35,903 nt of DNA from an uncultured bacterium (GCA_905215655.1 CAJMQT010000001.1:1-35903); one strand, 5' to 3'; counted from the first letter of the stretch, positions 19,496 through 29,480 are shown. Numbers and translations: made by a program. The notes: a model not told the origin generated them from the letters alone.

Positions 19496-19574
19496 CAAAA
19501 TTACAGATTTTATCTCATATATTGAAATTTATGACTGACTTTTTTTGTTTTTCATGCCAAATCGGGTAACTTTG
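19496..19574. promoter_or_regulatory. Divergent promoters for TPR-ribH and recF
   Basis: TAATTTTG on minus (19496-19503); TAACTTTG on plus (19567-19574). Confidence 0.7.
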
Positions 19575-19598
19575 CACCTGCTCAGAAGAGGTTGTTTT

Positions 19599-20714
19599 AT
19601 GTTTTTGAACAAGATTTCCATATTGAATTATAAGAATATCAAGGACGCAAGTCTTACTTTTTCGCCGAAGATGAATTGCTTTATCGGGAGCAACGGCGAG
19701 GGCAAGACCAACCTCTTGGACGCCGTCTATTATCTTTCTTTTTGCCGAAGTGCTTACACGGTTGCCGACTCTCACGTAATTCGTCATGGCGAAGAGTTCT
19801 TCATGCTGGATGGTTATTACACCGACGAGGAGGGCAACGAGGAGAATATTTTCTGCGGAATGAAGCGCGGAACAAAGAAACATTTCAAGCGAAACAAAAA
19901 GGAATATAAGAAACTTTCCGCTCACATAGGACTTATTCCGCTTATTTTCGTGTCGCCGTCGGACACCGTTCTCATCGATGGTGGCAGCGAGGAGCGCCGC
20001 CGACTGATGGATGTCGTGATCTCGCAGTATGACGTTGCCTATATTGACGCCCTCAACCGGTACAACAAAGCGCTGCAACAGCGCAATACGTTGTTGAAGA
20101 GCGAGGAGGAGCCTGACGCCGAGCTGATGTCTCTTTGGGAAGAGCAGATGGCTTGTTATGGCGAGATTTTGTTCGGGAAACGCAAGGCTTTCATCGACGA
20201 GCTGATACCGGTGTTTCAGAGTTTTTACAGCCGTATATCTGGCGAAAAGGAGAGTGTGTCGCTCGATTACACGTCGCACTGCCTGCGCGGACCGCTCTTG
20301 GACGTGATACGTCGCGACCGTTTCAAAGACCGTGCCGTGGGTTATTCGTTACATGGGGTGCACCGCGACGACCTTGAAATGCTCATCGGTGGTTATCCGA
20401 TAAAGCGGGAGGGCAGTCAGGGACAGAACAAAACGTTCGTCATTGCGCTGAAACTGGCACAGTTTGACTTCCTGAAACGCACCTGCTCGAAGACAACTCC
20501 GATACTTCTTCTTGACGATATATTCGACAAACTGGATGCCGGCAGGGTGGAGCAGATTGTCCGCATTGTTGCCGGAGACGGTTTCGGACAGATACTTCTG
20601 ACCGACACCAACCGCGAACATCTTGACCGGATACTGCGTGACAGCGTGTCGGATTATCGTATATTTTATGTCGAAGGCGGTGAAATAACGTGCAGGGAGG
20701 AAACCGATGTTTAA
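19599..20714 (+). CDS. recF: DNA replication/repair protein RecF (start at MFLNKIS)
   Basis: GSNGEGKTN Walker A, G.HRDD, GSQGQ and LLLDD motifs; the promoter at 19567 argues for this start. Confidence 0.96.
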   Translation: MFLNKISILNYKNIKDASLTFSPKMNCFIGSNGEGKTNLLDAVYYLSFCRSAYTVADSHVIRHGEEFFMLDGYYTDEEGNEENIFCGMKRGTKKHFKRNKKEYKKLSAHIGLIPLIFVSPSDTVLIDGGSEERRRLMDVVISQYDVAYIDALNRYNKALQQRNTLLKSEEEPDAELMSLWEEQMACYGEILFGKRKAFIDELIPVFQSFYSRISGEKESVSLDYTSHCLRGPLLDVIRRDRFKDRAVGYSLHGVHRDDLEMLIGGYPIKREGSQGQNKTFVIALKLAQFDFLKRTCSKTTPILLLDDIFDKLDAGRVEQIVRIVAGDGFGQILLTDTNREHLDRILRDSVSDYRIFYVEGGEITCREETDV

Positions 20715-20997
20715 GCGCGATGTAAAGTCTTTGGCAGACATCGTAAGTCAATGTCTGCGTCATGACGGTCTTGAAATGCCTCTGATGCAGCGGCGTCTGA
20801 TTGATTCGTGGGAGAAGGTGGCGGGCGCCGGCGTCGCAAAATATACCGGCGACAAGTTTATCAAGAACCAGACGCTCTTCGTGAAAATACTCAATCCGGC
20901 GCTGCGTGCCAACCTTTCGATGATGCGCGCACGGCTCGTGAAGAACCTTAACGTCGAGGTCGGCAGCAACATTATTACCGATATAAAGTTTTATTAG
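20707..20997 (+). CDS. DUF721/DciA family protein
   Basis: W..VAG motif; small ORF coupled directly to recF, a conserved arrangement. Confidence 0.88.
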   Translation: MFKRDVKSLADIVSQCLRHDGLEMPLMQRRLIDSWEKVAGAGVAKYTGDKFIKNQTLFVKILNPALRANLSMMRARLVKNLNVEVGSNIITDIKFY

Positions 20998-21140
20998 AGG
21001 GTATTGTATAAACCAAATCGGTCATCAGATTATTTTCGTAAAGGGCAATCAGACAATAAGAAACTGCACTTTACGGTCTGACGACCGATTTGGACTTGAT
21101 GAAAACGTTTGGACCTGACAGTCGGATAACTGCTTTCTTC

Positions 21141-22160
21141 TTATTTTTTGCACTTGTCCGAGCTTTCCCTGATCTTCAAAATCATCGGAATTATCTCTTT
21201 GTATATCTTCTTTTCGCCGGCGATGTTCTTCAAAAGAAGTTCGCAGGCTCGCTCTCCCATGCGGTGCGACTGGTCCATGATAGCCGACAGTTTGGGCGTT
21301 ACGAAAGCCGAAGAATCGGTCTCGGTAAAGCCTATTATCGCCACGTCGTCAGGTATGCGCAGGTTGAGTGTCTTTATCGCGTCGAAGGCGGCGTAGGTTA
21401 TTATGTCGTTGAATGCCAGTATTGCGTCGGGGCGGTCGTCGCGCTGCAGCAGTTCAAGCGTCTTCTCGCGCATCTGTTCGTAGTCGATGTCGCCGTTGAT
21501 TACTATCGAACGGTCTATTTCTATCTTTCTTTCTCTCAGAGCTTCGAGGTATCCGTGCTTGCGTCTCTTCACCATGTCGAGATGTGCCGGTCCGCCGATG
21601 AACGCTATCCGTCGGCTTCCCGTGTCGATGAGATGTCTTGTCGCTTCGAGCGCCGCCTCGTCGCCGTTTGACACGACGGAAGAGAATGTGTCTGTAAGAC
21701 ATGTCCGGGCGAAGAAGACGAGCGGTATTCCCATGTCGTGAATTTCGGCAAAGTGTGAATAGTCGGTCGTGTCTTGCGCCAGACAGGCTATTATTCCTTC
21801 CACGTAAATGTTGATGAAGTTGTCTATGGCTTTCTCTTCCCGTATGTGGTCTTCGTGGCTGTTTGCTGTTATAACGGCGTATCCCGCTTTCGTGGCGTAG
21901 TCCTCTATGCCGTCAAGAACGGCGGCGTAATAGTGTGTCACGAGGTTCGGCACGACTACACCGATAACTTTCGGCTTGTTGGCTCTCAGGTTTTGGGCGA
22001 AGGGGTTTGGACGATAGTTCAGTTCTTTTGCCAATTTTTGAACGCGCGTTTTCATCTCTTCGCCCACTTCATGGCTGTTTCTCAATGCTCTTGATACGGT
22101 CGCGATACTTACTCCCAACCGTTCCGCCATTTCTTTTAAAGATGTTCTGCGCTGTCCCAT
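21141..22160 (-). CDS. LacI-family transcriptional regulator
   Basis: N-terminal HTH (SLKEMAERLGVSIATVSRAL, YRPN); sugar-binding domain (IPDDVAIIGF). Confidence 0.96.
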   Translation of the reverse strand: MGQRRTSLKEMAERLGVSIATVSRALRNSHEVGEEMKTRVQKLAKELNYRPNPFAQNLRANKPKVIGVVVPNLVTHYYAAVLDGIEDYATKAGYAVITANSHEDHIREEKAIDNFINIYVEGIIACLAQDTTDYSHFAEIHDMGIPLVFFARTCLTDTFSSVVSNGDEAALEATRHLIDTGSRRIAFIGGPAHLDMVKRRKHGYLEALRERKIEIDRSIVINGDIDYEQMREKTLELLQRDDRPDAILAFNDIITYAAFDAIKTLNLRIPDDVAIIGFTETDSSAFVTPKLSAIMDQSHRMGERACELLLKNIAGEKKIYKEIIPMILKIRESSDKCKK

Positions 22161-22354
22161 TTTAAGGAATAATAATAGGTGTTTTTTTAGATAATAGAAT
22201 TACATGCTTTTGCAAAAATACTAAAATGATGCGTATTTCACAACATTTTTTGTCATTGATTTACATTTTTCTGTTGTCTCGGCGATGTTTCGGATACTTG
22301 TCTTGTGTGCGTTTTTCGGGGAGTTTTAATGCTGTTTCTTGTCTGACAGGTTGT

Positions 22355-22486
22355 CATACGTTACCTGTGCTGCTGTAAAAGATAAGCTTTTACATTGTAA
22401 AAGGCGGTCTTTCGGCTTGCAAAAGCTTACCTTTTAGAATGCAAAAGGCGGTCTTTTGCAAATCAAAAGACCGCCCTTTGTAATAC
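22355..22486 (+). repeat. 22-bp-period palindromic array 3
   Basis: Units start at 22355 (degenerate), 22377, 22399, 22421, 22443, 22465; followed by TTGAATATCAA. Confidence 0.9.
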
Positions 22487-22542
22487 GTTGAATATCAAAA
22501 TGTTATCTTGTATGGCGCGTATGACAGATTGTCAGCCCGTCT

Positions 22543-23028
22543 TTACATGGGCAACAGTTCGTCGCCTTCCAGATCGCAAGACGTGAAACCCATCTCTTCG
22601 GCTCGCCGCCGGTCGAAGACGAAGTATGTTGCCGTGCCTTCGGTACACACCTCTCCCTGCTGGTTTTCTATCTTTACGTCTATGTCGACGATGTTTCTCC
22701 GCTGTCCGGTGATGCGTGCCCTTACCGTAATCTGTGAGTCGGTGGTCATCACGGGCTTTTTATATCTTACGTCGAGGCGCGTGGTCACGCCCGATGTCTG
22801 CAACTTACGGAACACCGTCCATGCCGCCGCCTCGTCCATCAACGTGCCGAGTATTCCGCCGTGCATGGTGTTGATCCAGCCTTTGTAGTGTGATTTGGGG
22901 TTCCAGAAACTTACTATCTCGTCGCCGTCTTCATAAAATTCCATGTGTACTCCTAAGGGATTGTCGGGGCTGCAACCGAAACAGTCGTAGCCTTCTTTGT
23001 GCATCCATGGGTTCTTGATCTTTCTCAT
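22543..23028 (-). CDS. PaaI-family (hotdog) thioesterase
   Basis: CFGC..NP.G, HGGILGTLMDE and YKKP motifs. Confidence 0.92.
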   Translation of the reverse strand: MRKIKNPWMHKEGYDCFGCSPDNPLGVHMEFYEDGDEIVSFWNPKSHYKGWINTMHGGILGTLMDEAAAWTVFRKLQTSGVTTRLDVRYKKPVMTTDSQITVRARITGQRRNIVDIDVKIENQQGEVCTEGTATYFVFDRRRAEEMGFTSCDLEGDELLPM

Positions 23029-23049
23029 AATATGTCAGGTTTTTCTTGA

Positions 23050-25608
23050 TTAGAAGTTAAGCCGCATCATAATTCTCACTCCATGCTTCTTTGCCGTGGG
23101 CAGACTGAGGTAGTTCAGACGCCGCACATACTGCACTTGGAATATCTTGAAGATGTTGTGAACGCCGGCGATAAGCTCCACGTATGGCTTGTTCTTGTCC
23201 ATCAGGTAAGCTCCTTCGGGGAAGAACATCAGCGTGTTGTCGCCCTCGTTGCGTTGCAACATGGGGTTGTTACGGTCGGTCAGCGTGCCCCAAAGACACT
23301 TGACGCCCAGACATTCACGCCATTTCAGTTTCTTCAAGAGCGGTATCCGGTTGAATATCTTTCCGTTCATATCCCACGACAGGTCGAGACTTGCATAGCG
23401 GTCGTTCAGAAATTCCATGTTGTTTATCAGGTTGAACGTGTTGTCGTGTACGATGTATGACAGGTTGGCGGCAGGCATTATGAGCAGAGGGTAGGGCACT
23501 TTATCCCACTGTATTCCGCCCTTCACTTGCAGGTCCATGTTCCCCCAGCTGTTAAGCCAGAAACGTTTGTATATGCTTGCCTCGGTAAAGTTGTAGTTGT
23601 ATTCGCCTCCCAACACGCCTTTCAAGCCCACAGAGTGTGAGAGCGTGAAGACCGGAGCATCGAGATTGACGGGCACCCGGCGCTGTTTCGTGTTGATATA
23701 TTTCTCGCCCGGGGCAAATCGGAACTCTATTTTTGCCTCCGTGGTGCGTATCTTTCCATGCCCGTATTTGGTGTATTCGGTCGTCGGTCCGCTCAAAGGA
23801 GTGAAGTAAAGCTCGCCGCAAGCCTCGTTAGCCTCTGTTTTCAGATTTACCGAAGTCTTGAAGCCCCATTCCTGTTCGTACTCGAACGAGAGCTGTTGGC
23901 GGTTGTAAAACATCATCTTGTCCACCTTCGCCCACTTGAATGCGGTGAAGACGTTGTCCTTGTCTGTGCTCACAAAATTGTCCGAAGGTGAGCAGACGTC
24001 ATACGTCGAGGTGAATGTCAGCGTGCGTTTCGGAAACTCTCGCGGCAGATATTCTTTTTTGTTGAACGAGTATGTCAGTTCGCCCTTGTAATAATTCTTT
24101 TTGCTGTCCTTGCCTCTTGCATAATAACCTGACAGAAACCAGTGCGGATTAAGGTTGGCGGTGGTCTGTGCGCTTATTCTCGCTCGCACACCGTCGATAA
24201 AGTTCTTGCTGACAAACGTGTTGACAGGTCCAAGGTCAACAAGGCTCGGATGGTTCTTCCCGCCCGTCTCGATGAAGTTTTCTACGAGAGCCTTGACGCC
24301 GAACAGCAGGTACTTGAAGCCTCTTGTCTGGCTCATGCCGTTGATGAATGCGTCCATCGAACTCTCGCTTTTGGTCAGTTCCACGCTGCGGTGCTTGTTC
24401 CAGAACACTTCGTCGCGCATCCTCGAATTAGCCTCGTGGCGCAGGTTCGCCTTACCTTTGAACAGCTTGTCGGGCAGCTCGTCGAAGGCATAATCAGACA
24501 TCCTTGTGGTTCGTATGACTATCGCCTTGGTCAGGAAGTTGGTTATCGCCATCTCGACAAACATGTCGTCGGTGGTAAGAACCCAGTCGCCGCTCGGCAG
24601 ACAAGTGTATTCCTGCACTATGCTAAGGTCTTCGACAAAGTTTACGTCGCTCTTCTTCGGCAACGTAAGTTTGCACCTCTTGACGTGCAAGGTCGAGTCG
24701 TTGAGCACCCAGAGGTCGCCTCTGAAACCGAAATCCTGCTGGTTGTTGGGAAGAAATTGAAGGTGGATGCACTTGTCGCGGTCAACAAACACGGTGTCGA
24801 CGATGTAAAAACGGTAGAACGAGACGGCGTCTTTGCCGATGGGACTGGTGAACCGTGATTGCAGCAGACGTATCTGGTCGTCGTACAGATCGACATCGGT
24901 GAAGATGTCTTTCATCATGTTGTTGAGGATGTCTCCCGTTTCAAGAAGATGGTTCACGCCCGTTGAATTCTGTCCCGTCACAATGGTTTTCTCGCTCCGC
25001 GGGCTGCGTCTGTAAATGTTGCGGGTCACGGTTTCGTCGACAGTCAGCGGCAAAATGAGCTTGCTGTTGTAAGGACACATCTCGATTTGGTTGGCGAGCC
25101 ATTTCTTCTTTCTCATCTTTTCGCTCTCCAACTCGGCGGGGTCGATGTCGTTGACGGCAAGCGTCAACTTCTGATATTTGTTGAACTGGTAATAATCTTT
25201 ATTGGATAAGTCGGTCTGTTTCTTTGCCGCAATGACTCTTTTCATCAGCTCGACGGCAGGATTTTCCTTACGTCTGTACTTCTGCCGCTTGGTCTTTACC
25301 GTCACTTCTTGCAGGCTTTTCGTGTCTGTTTTCAGCGTTATGCGCAGTTCGGAGGGCGTGTTCGGTCCGATAAGAATACGCAGGGTCTTGTATCCTACGG
25401 CGCTTATCGTGAGATATGAGCCGTCCTTCCGTTCTATGGTAAACCTGCCGGAGGCGTTGCCGGCCATTGCGATATTACCTTTCTTATACCTTATGCTGGG
25501 ATATGGGATGCTGTCGCCGCTTCCTTCTTCAACGACGACTCCGCTTATCGTTTGCGCGTCAACGCCAAGCGAAAGTATAAAAAACAGTACTGTCAGGATA
25601 TATTTCAT
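23050..25608 (-). CDS. DUF5686 outer-membrane protein with N-terminal carboxypeptidase-regulatory-like domain
   Basis: Signal peptide, ISAVGY, LQEVTV, RKENPAVELMKRVI; beta-rich C-terminus ending in Phe. Confidence 0.85.
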   Translation of the reverse strand: MKYILTVLFFILSLGVDAQTISGVVVEEGSGDSIPYPSIRYKKGNIAMAGNASGRFTIERKDGSYLTISAVGYKTLRILIGPNTPSELRITLKTDTKSLQEVTVKTKRQKYRRKENPAVELMKRVIAAKKQTDLSNKDYYQFNKYQKLTLAVNDIDPAELESEKMRKKKWLANQIEMCPYNSKLILPLTVDETVTRNIYRRSPRSEKTIVTGQNSTGVNHLLETGDILNNMMKDIFTDVDLYDDQIRLLQSRFTSPIGKDAVSFYRFYIVDTVFVDRDKCIHLQFLPNNQQDFGFRGDLWVLNDSTLHVKRCKLTLPKKSDVNFVEDLSIVQEYTCLPSGDWVLTTDDMFVEMAITNFLTKAIVIRTTRMSDYAFDELPDKLFKGKANLRHEANSRMRDEVFWNKHRSVELTKSESSMDAFINGMSQTRGFKYLLFGVKALVENFIETGGKNHPSLVDLGPVNTFVSKNFIDGVRARISAQTTANLNPHWFLSGYYARGKDSKKNYYKGELTYSFNKKEYLPREFPKRTLTFTSTYDVCSPSDNFVSTDKDNVFTAFKWAKVDKMMFYNRQQLSFEYEQEWGFKTSVNLKTEANEACGELYFTPLSGPTTEYTKYGHGKIRTTEAKIEFRFAPGEKYINTKQRRVPVNLDAPVFTLSHSVGLKGVLGGEYNYNFTEASIYKRFWLNSWGNMDLQVKGGIQWDKVPYPLLIMPAANLSYIVHDNTFNLINNMEFLNDRYASLDLSWDMNGKIFNRIPLLKKLKWRECLGVKCLWGTLTDRNNPMLQRNEGDNTLMFFPEGAYLMDKNKPYVELIAGVHNIFKIFQVQYVRRLNYLSLPTAKKHGVRIMMRLNF

Positions 25609-25762
25609 TCTTTTGGAGTTAAGAAGTTAAAGGAGATGTCGCTCCGTTTCACTTCGTTTGGAAGTTAAGACAGATGTTTGTATTAATGAAAAATGAATAA
25701 TGGGGGAATGATAAATATATGATTTTTACCCTTCATCGTTCGTCTTTCACTTATTCTTTCTG

Positions 25763-26482
25763 TCACTCTTTCACCTTTTCTAATTGTGTGAGTTCTTGCA
25801 AGTTGGTTATTATTTTGTCAGGAACGGTCTCGTCGAAGGTCTCTTCCGTCCATCCTTCACCTTTCAGCCAGATTGCATGACAGCCGGCTTTCTTTGCCGG
25901 AACGATGTCTTTGTCGAAGCTGTCGCCTACCACCGTCACTTCTTCCGGCTGCATGTCGAGCGCCCGGACGCCGAGAGTGAATATCCGCGGGTCGGGCTTG
26001 CGAATACCGACGACGGCAGATTCTATTACGGAACGGAACAGACCGTCGAGCCGGAACTCTTTGAGCACTATCCCGATGTTGCCGTAGAAGTTGCTGACGA
26101 GCACTTTCGGCACGTCCGAACCAAGCTCTTCGAGCACCCGGCGGCTGCGTTCCGTCTCACGGATTACGCCTTCGTAGAGGCTTTCGAGCATTTTGTCGTG
26201 CAAAGATAAGCATTCTTTTTCAGATACAAACAAATAGTTTGAGTCTTTAAGATATTCCAACTCTATGCGCAGCTTGATGTCCAATGTCTTGCGGAAGGTG
26301 TAGTCTGACTGAATGATAGGGTTTCGTCCGAGTGTTCGTTCGGCGTGGACGTAAGCCTCGCGAAACTGATTTTCGGTCACGTCGACCGCCTGTTCGCGGT
26401 ACGCCTGCCACAAAACTTTGCCCCAGTGGCGGCCCGCCGTGTCGAGAGTGCCGCCGTAATCGAAGATATATCCTTTGGTCAT
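25763..26482 (-). CDS. HAD-family hydrolase (start at MTKG)
   Basis: FDYGGTLD, LVSN, KPDP and VGDS..KD motifs; ATGA overlap with the upstream stop. Confidence 0.92.
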   Translation of the reverse strand: MTKGYIFDYGGTLDTAGRHWGKVLWQAYREQAVDVTENQFREAYVHAERTLGRNPIIQSDYTFRKTLDIKLRIELEYLKDSNYLFVSEKECLSLHDKMLESLYEGVIRETERSRRVLEELGSDVPKVLVSNFYGNIGIVLKEFRLDGLFRSVIESAVVGIRKPDPRIFTLGVRALDMQPEEVTVVGDSFDKDIVPAKKAGCHAIWLKGEGWTEETFDETVPDKIITNLQELTQLEKVKE

Positions 26483-27411
26483 TGTATCTTTTCTGTTATC
26501 GTGAGACATAAGTTCTCGTGCTTACGCCGCATGTAAGCGTACATGATTTGCAGCACGCAGATGTCGATCAGCATGAAGACCCACGGACATCCGAGCAGGC
26601 AGGTTGCGTAAATGCAGATGGCGCGGACGTTGAACGTCAGCATGTTTGTATATTTCATAAGCGGTCGGCTGCCGTCAAGAAACTCGCGTTTCAGTTCTTC
26701 CGGCATGGCTGGAACGTCTCCGAAGCGTTTTCTTATCGCGCCCATCATTGCCTGAAAGGCGGGCGTCCGGCGCTCCTGACTCTTGCAATAGTTGGAGTAA
26801 TTGAGGTAGAAGAGGCACTGAAACCAGTCTTTCCACGACAGGGCGTCGTATATTTTACGCTGGCTTTCGTAAGTGTCAAGCTCGCTGCCGGCTCTTCCTT
26901 TAAGGAAAAGAAGGTGTATCTGGCGGTAGTAATCGGCGAGAGAGCTTTGCGGCGAGTGGCATATTATGCCGGCGACGAAGGCGAGCAACCATATCGTCAG
27001 CCCCCATTTGACGCCGAGCAGAGGTATGTCTTCGTTCATCAGGCGCAGACATACGAAGAAATATATCGAGAAAAACCATACGTCGCCCGCAAAACCGTCG
27101 AGCACTCTGCCGAGAAGTGTCTTCTGACCGGTCAGTCGGGCGAGTTGTCCGTCGGTAGAGTCGAGGAAGTTGGCGAACATCAGTAGGGCAACGCCGAGCA
27201 GGTTATGACACAGGTCTGTATGGAAAAACATCCATCCTGCGGCGGCTCCGACGAATATCGAAACGATGGTTACGGCATTAGGATGTATGCCGAGCCTCTT
27301 GCAAAACAGGGCGAGCACCAGTCCGATGGGGCGCGTGAAATGCACGTCAAGCCATTCTTCCGTATCTTCCGATTTGAACGATGCGTTAAGCATCTCTTTG
27401 AATTTACTCAT
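26479..27411 (-). CDS. CDP-alcohol phosphatidyltransferase
   Basis: PNAVT and DSTDGQLAR..G..LDG..D signature. Confidence 0.94.
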   Translation of the reverse strand: MSKFKEMLNASFKSEDTEEWLDVHFTRPIGLVLALFCKRLGIHPNAVTIVSIFVGAAAGWMFFHTDLCHNLLGVALLMFANFLDSTDGQLARLTGQKTLLGRVLDGFAGDVWFFSIYFFVCLRLMNEDIPLLGVKWGLTIWLLAFVAGIICHSPQSSLADYYRQIHLLFLKGRAGSELDTYESQRKIYDALSWKDWFQCLFYLNYSNYCKSQERRTPAFQAMMGAIRKRFGDVPAMPEELKREFLDGSRPLMKYTNMLTFNVRAICIYATCLLGCPWVFMLIDICVLQIMYAYMRRKHENLCLTITEKIQ

Positions 27412-27488
27412 TGCTTAATGTTTATGTAGGAGTTAAAGGGGGTTGAGGTAGTTTAAGGAGTTAAGACAAATGCTTTGTTTTTTATTAT

Positions 27489-27563
27489 TTTCAACCTTTC
27501 AGTTTTTCAACCTTTCAATTTGTTTTTATAATTTTCAATCTTTCAATTTTTCAACCTTTCAAT
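27489..27563. repeat. TTTCAACC/TTTCAATT octamer repeats overlapping the ATP-grasp gene stop
   Basis: ttttcaacctttcagtttttcaacctttcaat...; encodes the IERLKN tail; similar to the repeat at 40-99. Confidence 0.7.
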
Positions 27564-28343
27564 TTGTTCCGTTATCGCCTCGCCCGCCTCTTCGCGACAT
27601 CTTGAAAAGCTCGGGAAGTCGTTGAAGTCGATTATCGCATACGTCCCGTCGCTGCGGATGATGCAGTCGCCGCCGTAAACGCATGTCCCCGTCAAGCGTG
27701 CCACATGTTCGGCGTCGCGTTGTAATGAGACTTTTGAGAAAGGATAGTGCATCGATGCGCCGTTGATACGTTCGTCGCCGAACTTGGATATGCCGTCGTC
27801 AGCGGGGTAGAATGTGCGGAAGAAGCCTGTGCCGAGCACACCGTAAAACTTTATGAGGTCGCCCTTTACGTGCGCCGTTACCACTATTTCGTCGATACCC
27901 CGCTGCCTCATACGCCGTATCTCGGTATCACACTCCGCCTCGTCTCGGGCAAACACCACGTCGGCTTTGCTCTGTGCGGCGGCGTCTCCGCGTTTTATCC
28001 AGTAGCCGTCGCTGCCTTCCGTCGGCGCCGCCGGTATGCCGTTAAGACGCATCAGTCGGTCAACCGTGCTGCGGGAGCACGCCTTGACGCTCTCCGCTGT
28101 GTTGATTACGACGGCTCCGGACGCCTCTTTTGCTTTCAGCAGGTCGAGCGTGCGTTGCCGCCTGCCCATCGTCAGGAAGATGTCGGCTTGTGTGTCGGGC
28201 GTCAGGTTGTCTTCGCTGACAGACTTTACGGCATAACCTCTGTCGCTAAGACGTGCCGTTACGGCGTCCATTATCGCCCTGTCCTTGTCGACGGAGTTGG
28301 GCGAGAATACTTCGGCTCGATATATCGCGACAACCTGTTTCAT
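27543..28343 (-). CDS. ATP-grasp fold protein, candidate ITPK1-like inositol kinase
   Basis: VIN, WIKR, HVKGDLIKFYGV and GGD..IIDFNDFPSF motifs. Confidence 0.7.
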   Translation of the reverse strand: MKQVVAIYRAEVFSPNSVDKDRAIMDAVTARLSDRGYAVKSVSEDNLTPDTQADIFLTMGRRQRTLDLLKAKEASGAVVINTAESVKACSRSTVDRLMRLNGIPAAPTEGSDGYWIKRGDAAAQSKADVVFARDEAECDTEIRRMRQRGIDEIVVTAHVKGDLIKFYGVLGTGFFRTFYPADDGISKFGDERINGASMHYPFSKVSLQRDAEHVARLTGTCVYGGDCIIRSDGTYAIIDFNDFPSFSRCREEAGEAITEQIERLKN

Positions 28344-29069
28344 CTATTTCTCGTTTAGGAAAAGTTCCGCCTTGCGTATGTCTGACGCGTGGTCGATGTC
28401 CAGCACCTTGCTGAACGGCATTGCTTTCAGGCGCAGACCGTTGCTTACGAGCGCTCTCTGGAAGTTGCGCATACGGCTCTCGCCACGACGGATGCAGTCT
28501 TTCAGTATGTCTGTTGTCTGCGGCGTCAGTCCGTATATGCCGCCAGAGATGTATCGGCAGTTGTCGTTCTCATCGAGAAATGCCGTGATGTTCAGCTCGT
28601 CGTCGGTACCGACATATAGCGGCTTTTCGTCGTCTATGAAGTCGGTCACGCCCATCATGCCGTCGCACTCGCCGTGCTGCACGCTTTCGGTGAACGCCTT
28701 TATATAATAGGTAAACTCGCTCTCGCGGAATATTGTGTCTACGGTGGTAAGGCAGAACGGTGCGTCCGCCAGCCTGTCGCTTATCTCGAAAAAGCTGTGC
28801 ATTGAGCTTGGCGTGGTCTTTACGACGATTGTCAGCGGAATGTTCTGCCCGTTCAGCCCGTGCCGCTGTATGTCTTTGAGATGTCGTGCGACCTCCTTCC
28901 GCATGTCGTTACAGATAACGACGATCTCTTCCGCGCCGTTGTTCATAAACACACGGATAAGTCGGTCGACAAGCTTTTCGCCGTTGATTTCAACCAACGG
29001 CTTCGGTGCTTCGACGCCCTCTTGTGCCAACCGCGAGCCTTCGCCGGCTGCAATAATCGCATATTTCAT
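28344..29069 (-). CDS. NTP transferase (nucleotidyl/cytidylyltransferase)
   Basis: IIAAGEGSRL, PKPL and LDID motifs. Confidence 0.92.
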   Translation of the reverse strand: MKYAIIAAGEGSRLAQEGVEAPKPLVEINGEKLVDRLIRVFMNNGAEEIVVICNDMRKEVARHLKDIQRHGLNGQNIPLTIVVKTTPSSMHSFFEISDRLADAPFCLTTVDTIFRESEFTYYIKAFTESVQHGECDGMMGVTDFIDDEKPLYVGTDDELNITAFLDENDNCRYISGGIYGLTPQTTDILKDCIRRGESRMRNFQRALVSNGLRLKAMPFSKVLDIDHASDIRKAELFLNEK

Positions 29070-29159
29070 TCGCCTTTTACGTTCGTTTAATCTGTTTCAA
29101 CTGTCTATACAGTCAGTCTTTTAGCTTAATCGGCTCTTTTCCTGACGCCCGATAATGCG

Positions 29160-29167
29160 CAAAGTTA
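29160..29167 (-). promoter_or_regulatory. -7 promoter element of the NTP-transferase operon
   Basis: TAACTTTG on minus strand. Confidence 0.6.
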
Positions 29168-29285
29168 GGTATTATTGACGAAAGGCGGAAACTTATCGGG
29201 GCTTTTTTGGTTTTTCTTATGCCCGTGTGTTATTTATTAAGAGATTTTATGTGTATTTGCAAAAGATTGAACCTCTGATTTTAAA

Positions 29286-29478
29286 CCCAAATCTGTCATT
29301 AGACCGCAAGAACGATTATTCTCATGATTAAATCGGCTTTTTCATCGTTTGAGCCTTCCTATCCGCCGTCTTGTCTCCCGTCCCGTCTCGACATAGCCCG
29401 CTATGCCTTCGACGATACGGAAAACAATCCGTCGAATATTAAGACACAAACGATAGAAAATCTAATGACAGATTTGGG
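29286..29478. mobile_element. MITE, 193 bp, with perfect 18-bp TIRs and a TTAAA direct repeat
   Basis: CCCAAATCTGTCATTAGA (29286-29303) / TCTAATGACAGATTTGGG (29461-29478); TTAAA at 29281-29285 and 29479-29483. Confidence 0.85.
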
Positions 29479-29480
29479 TT

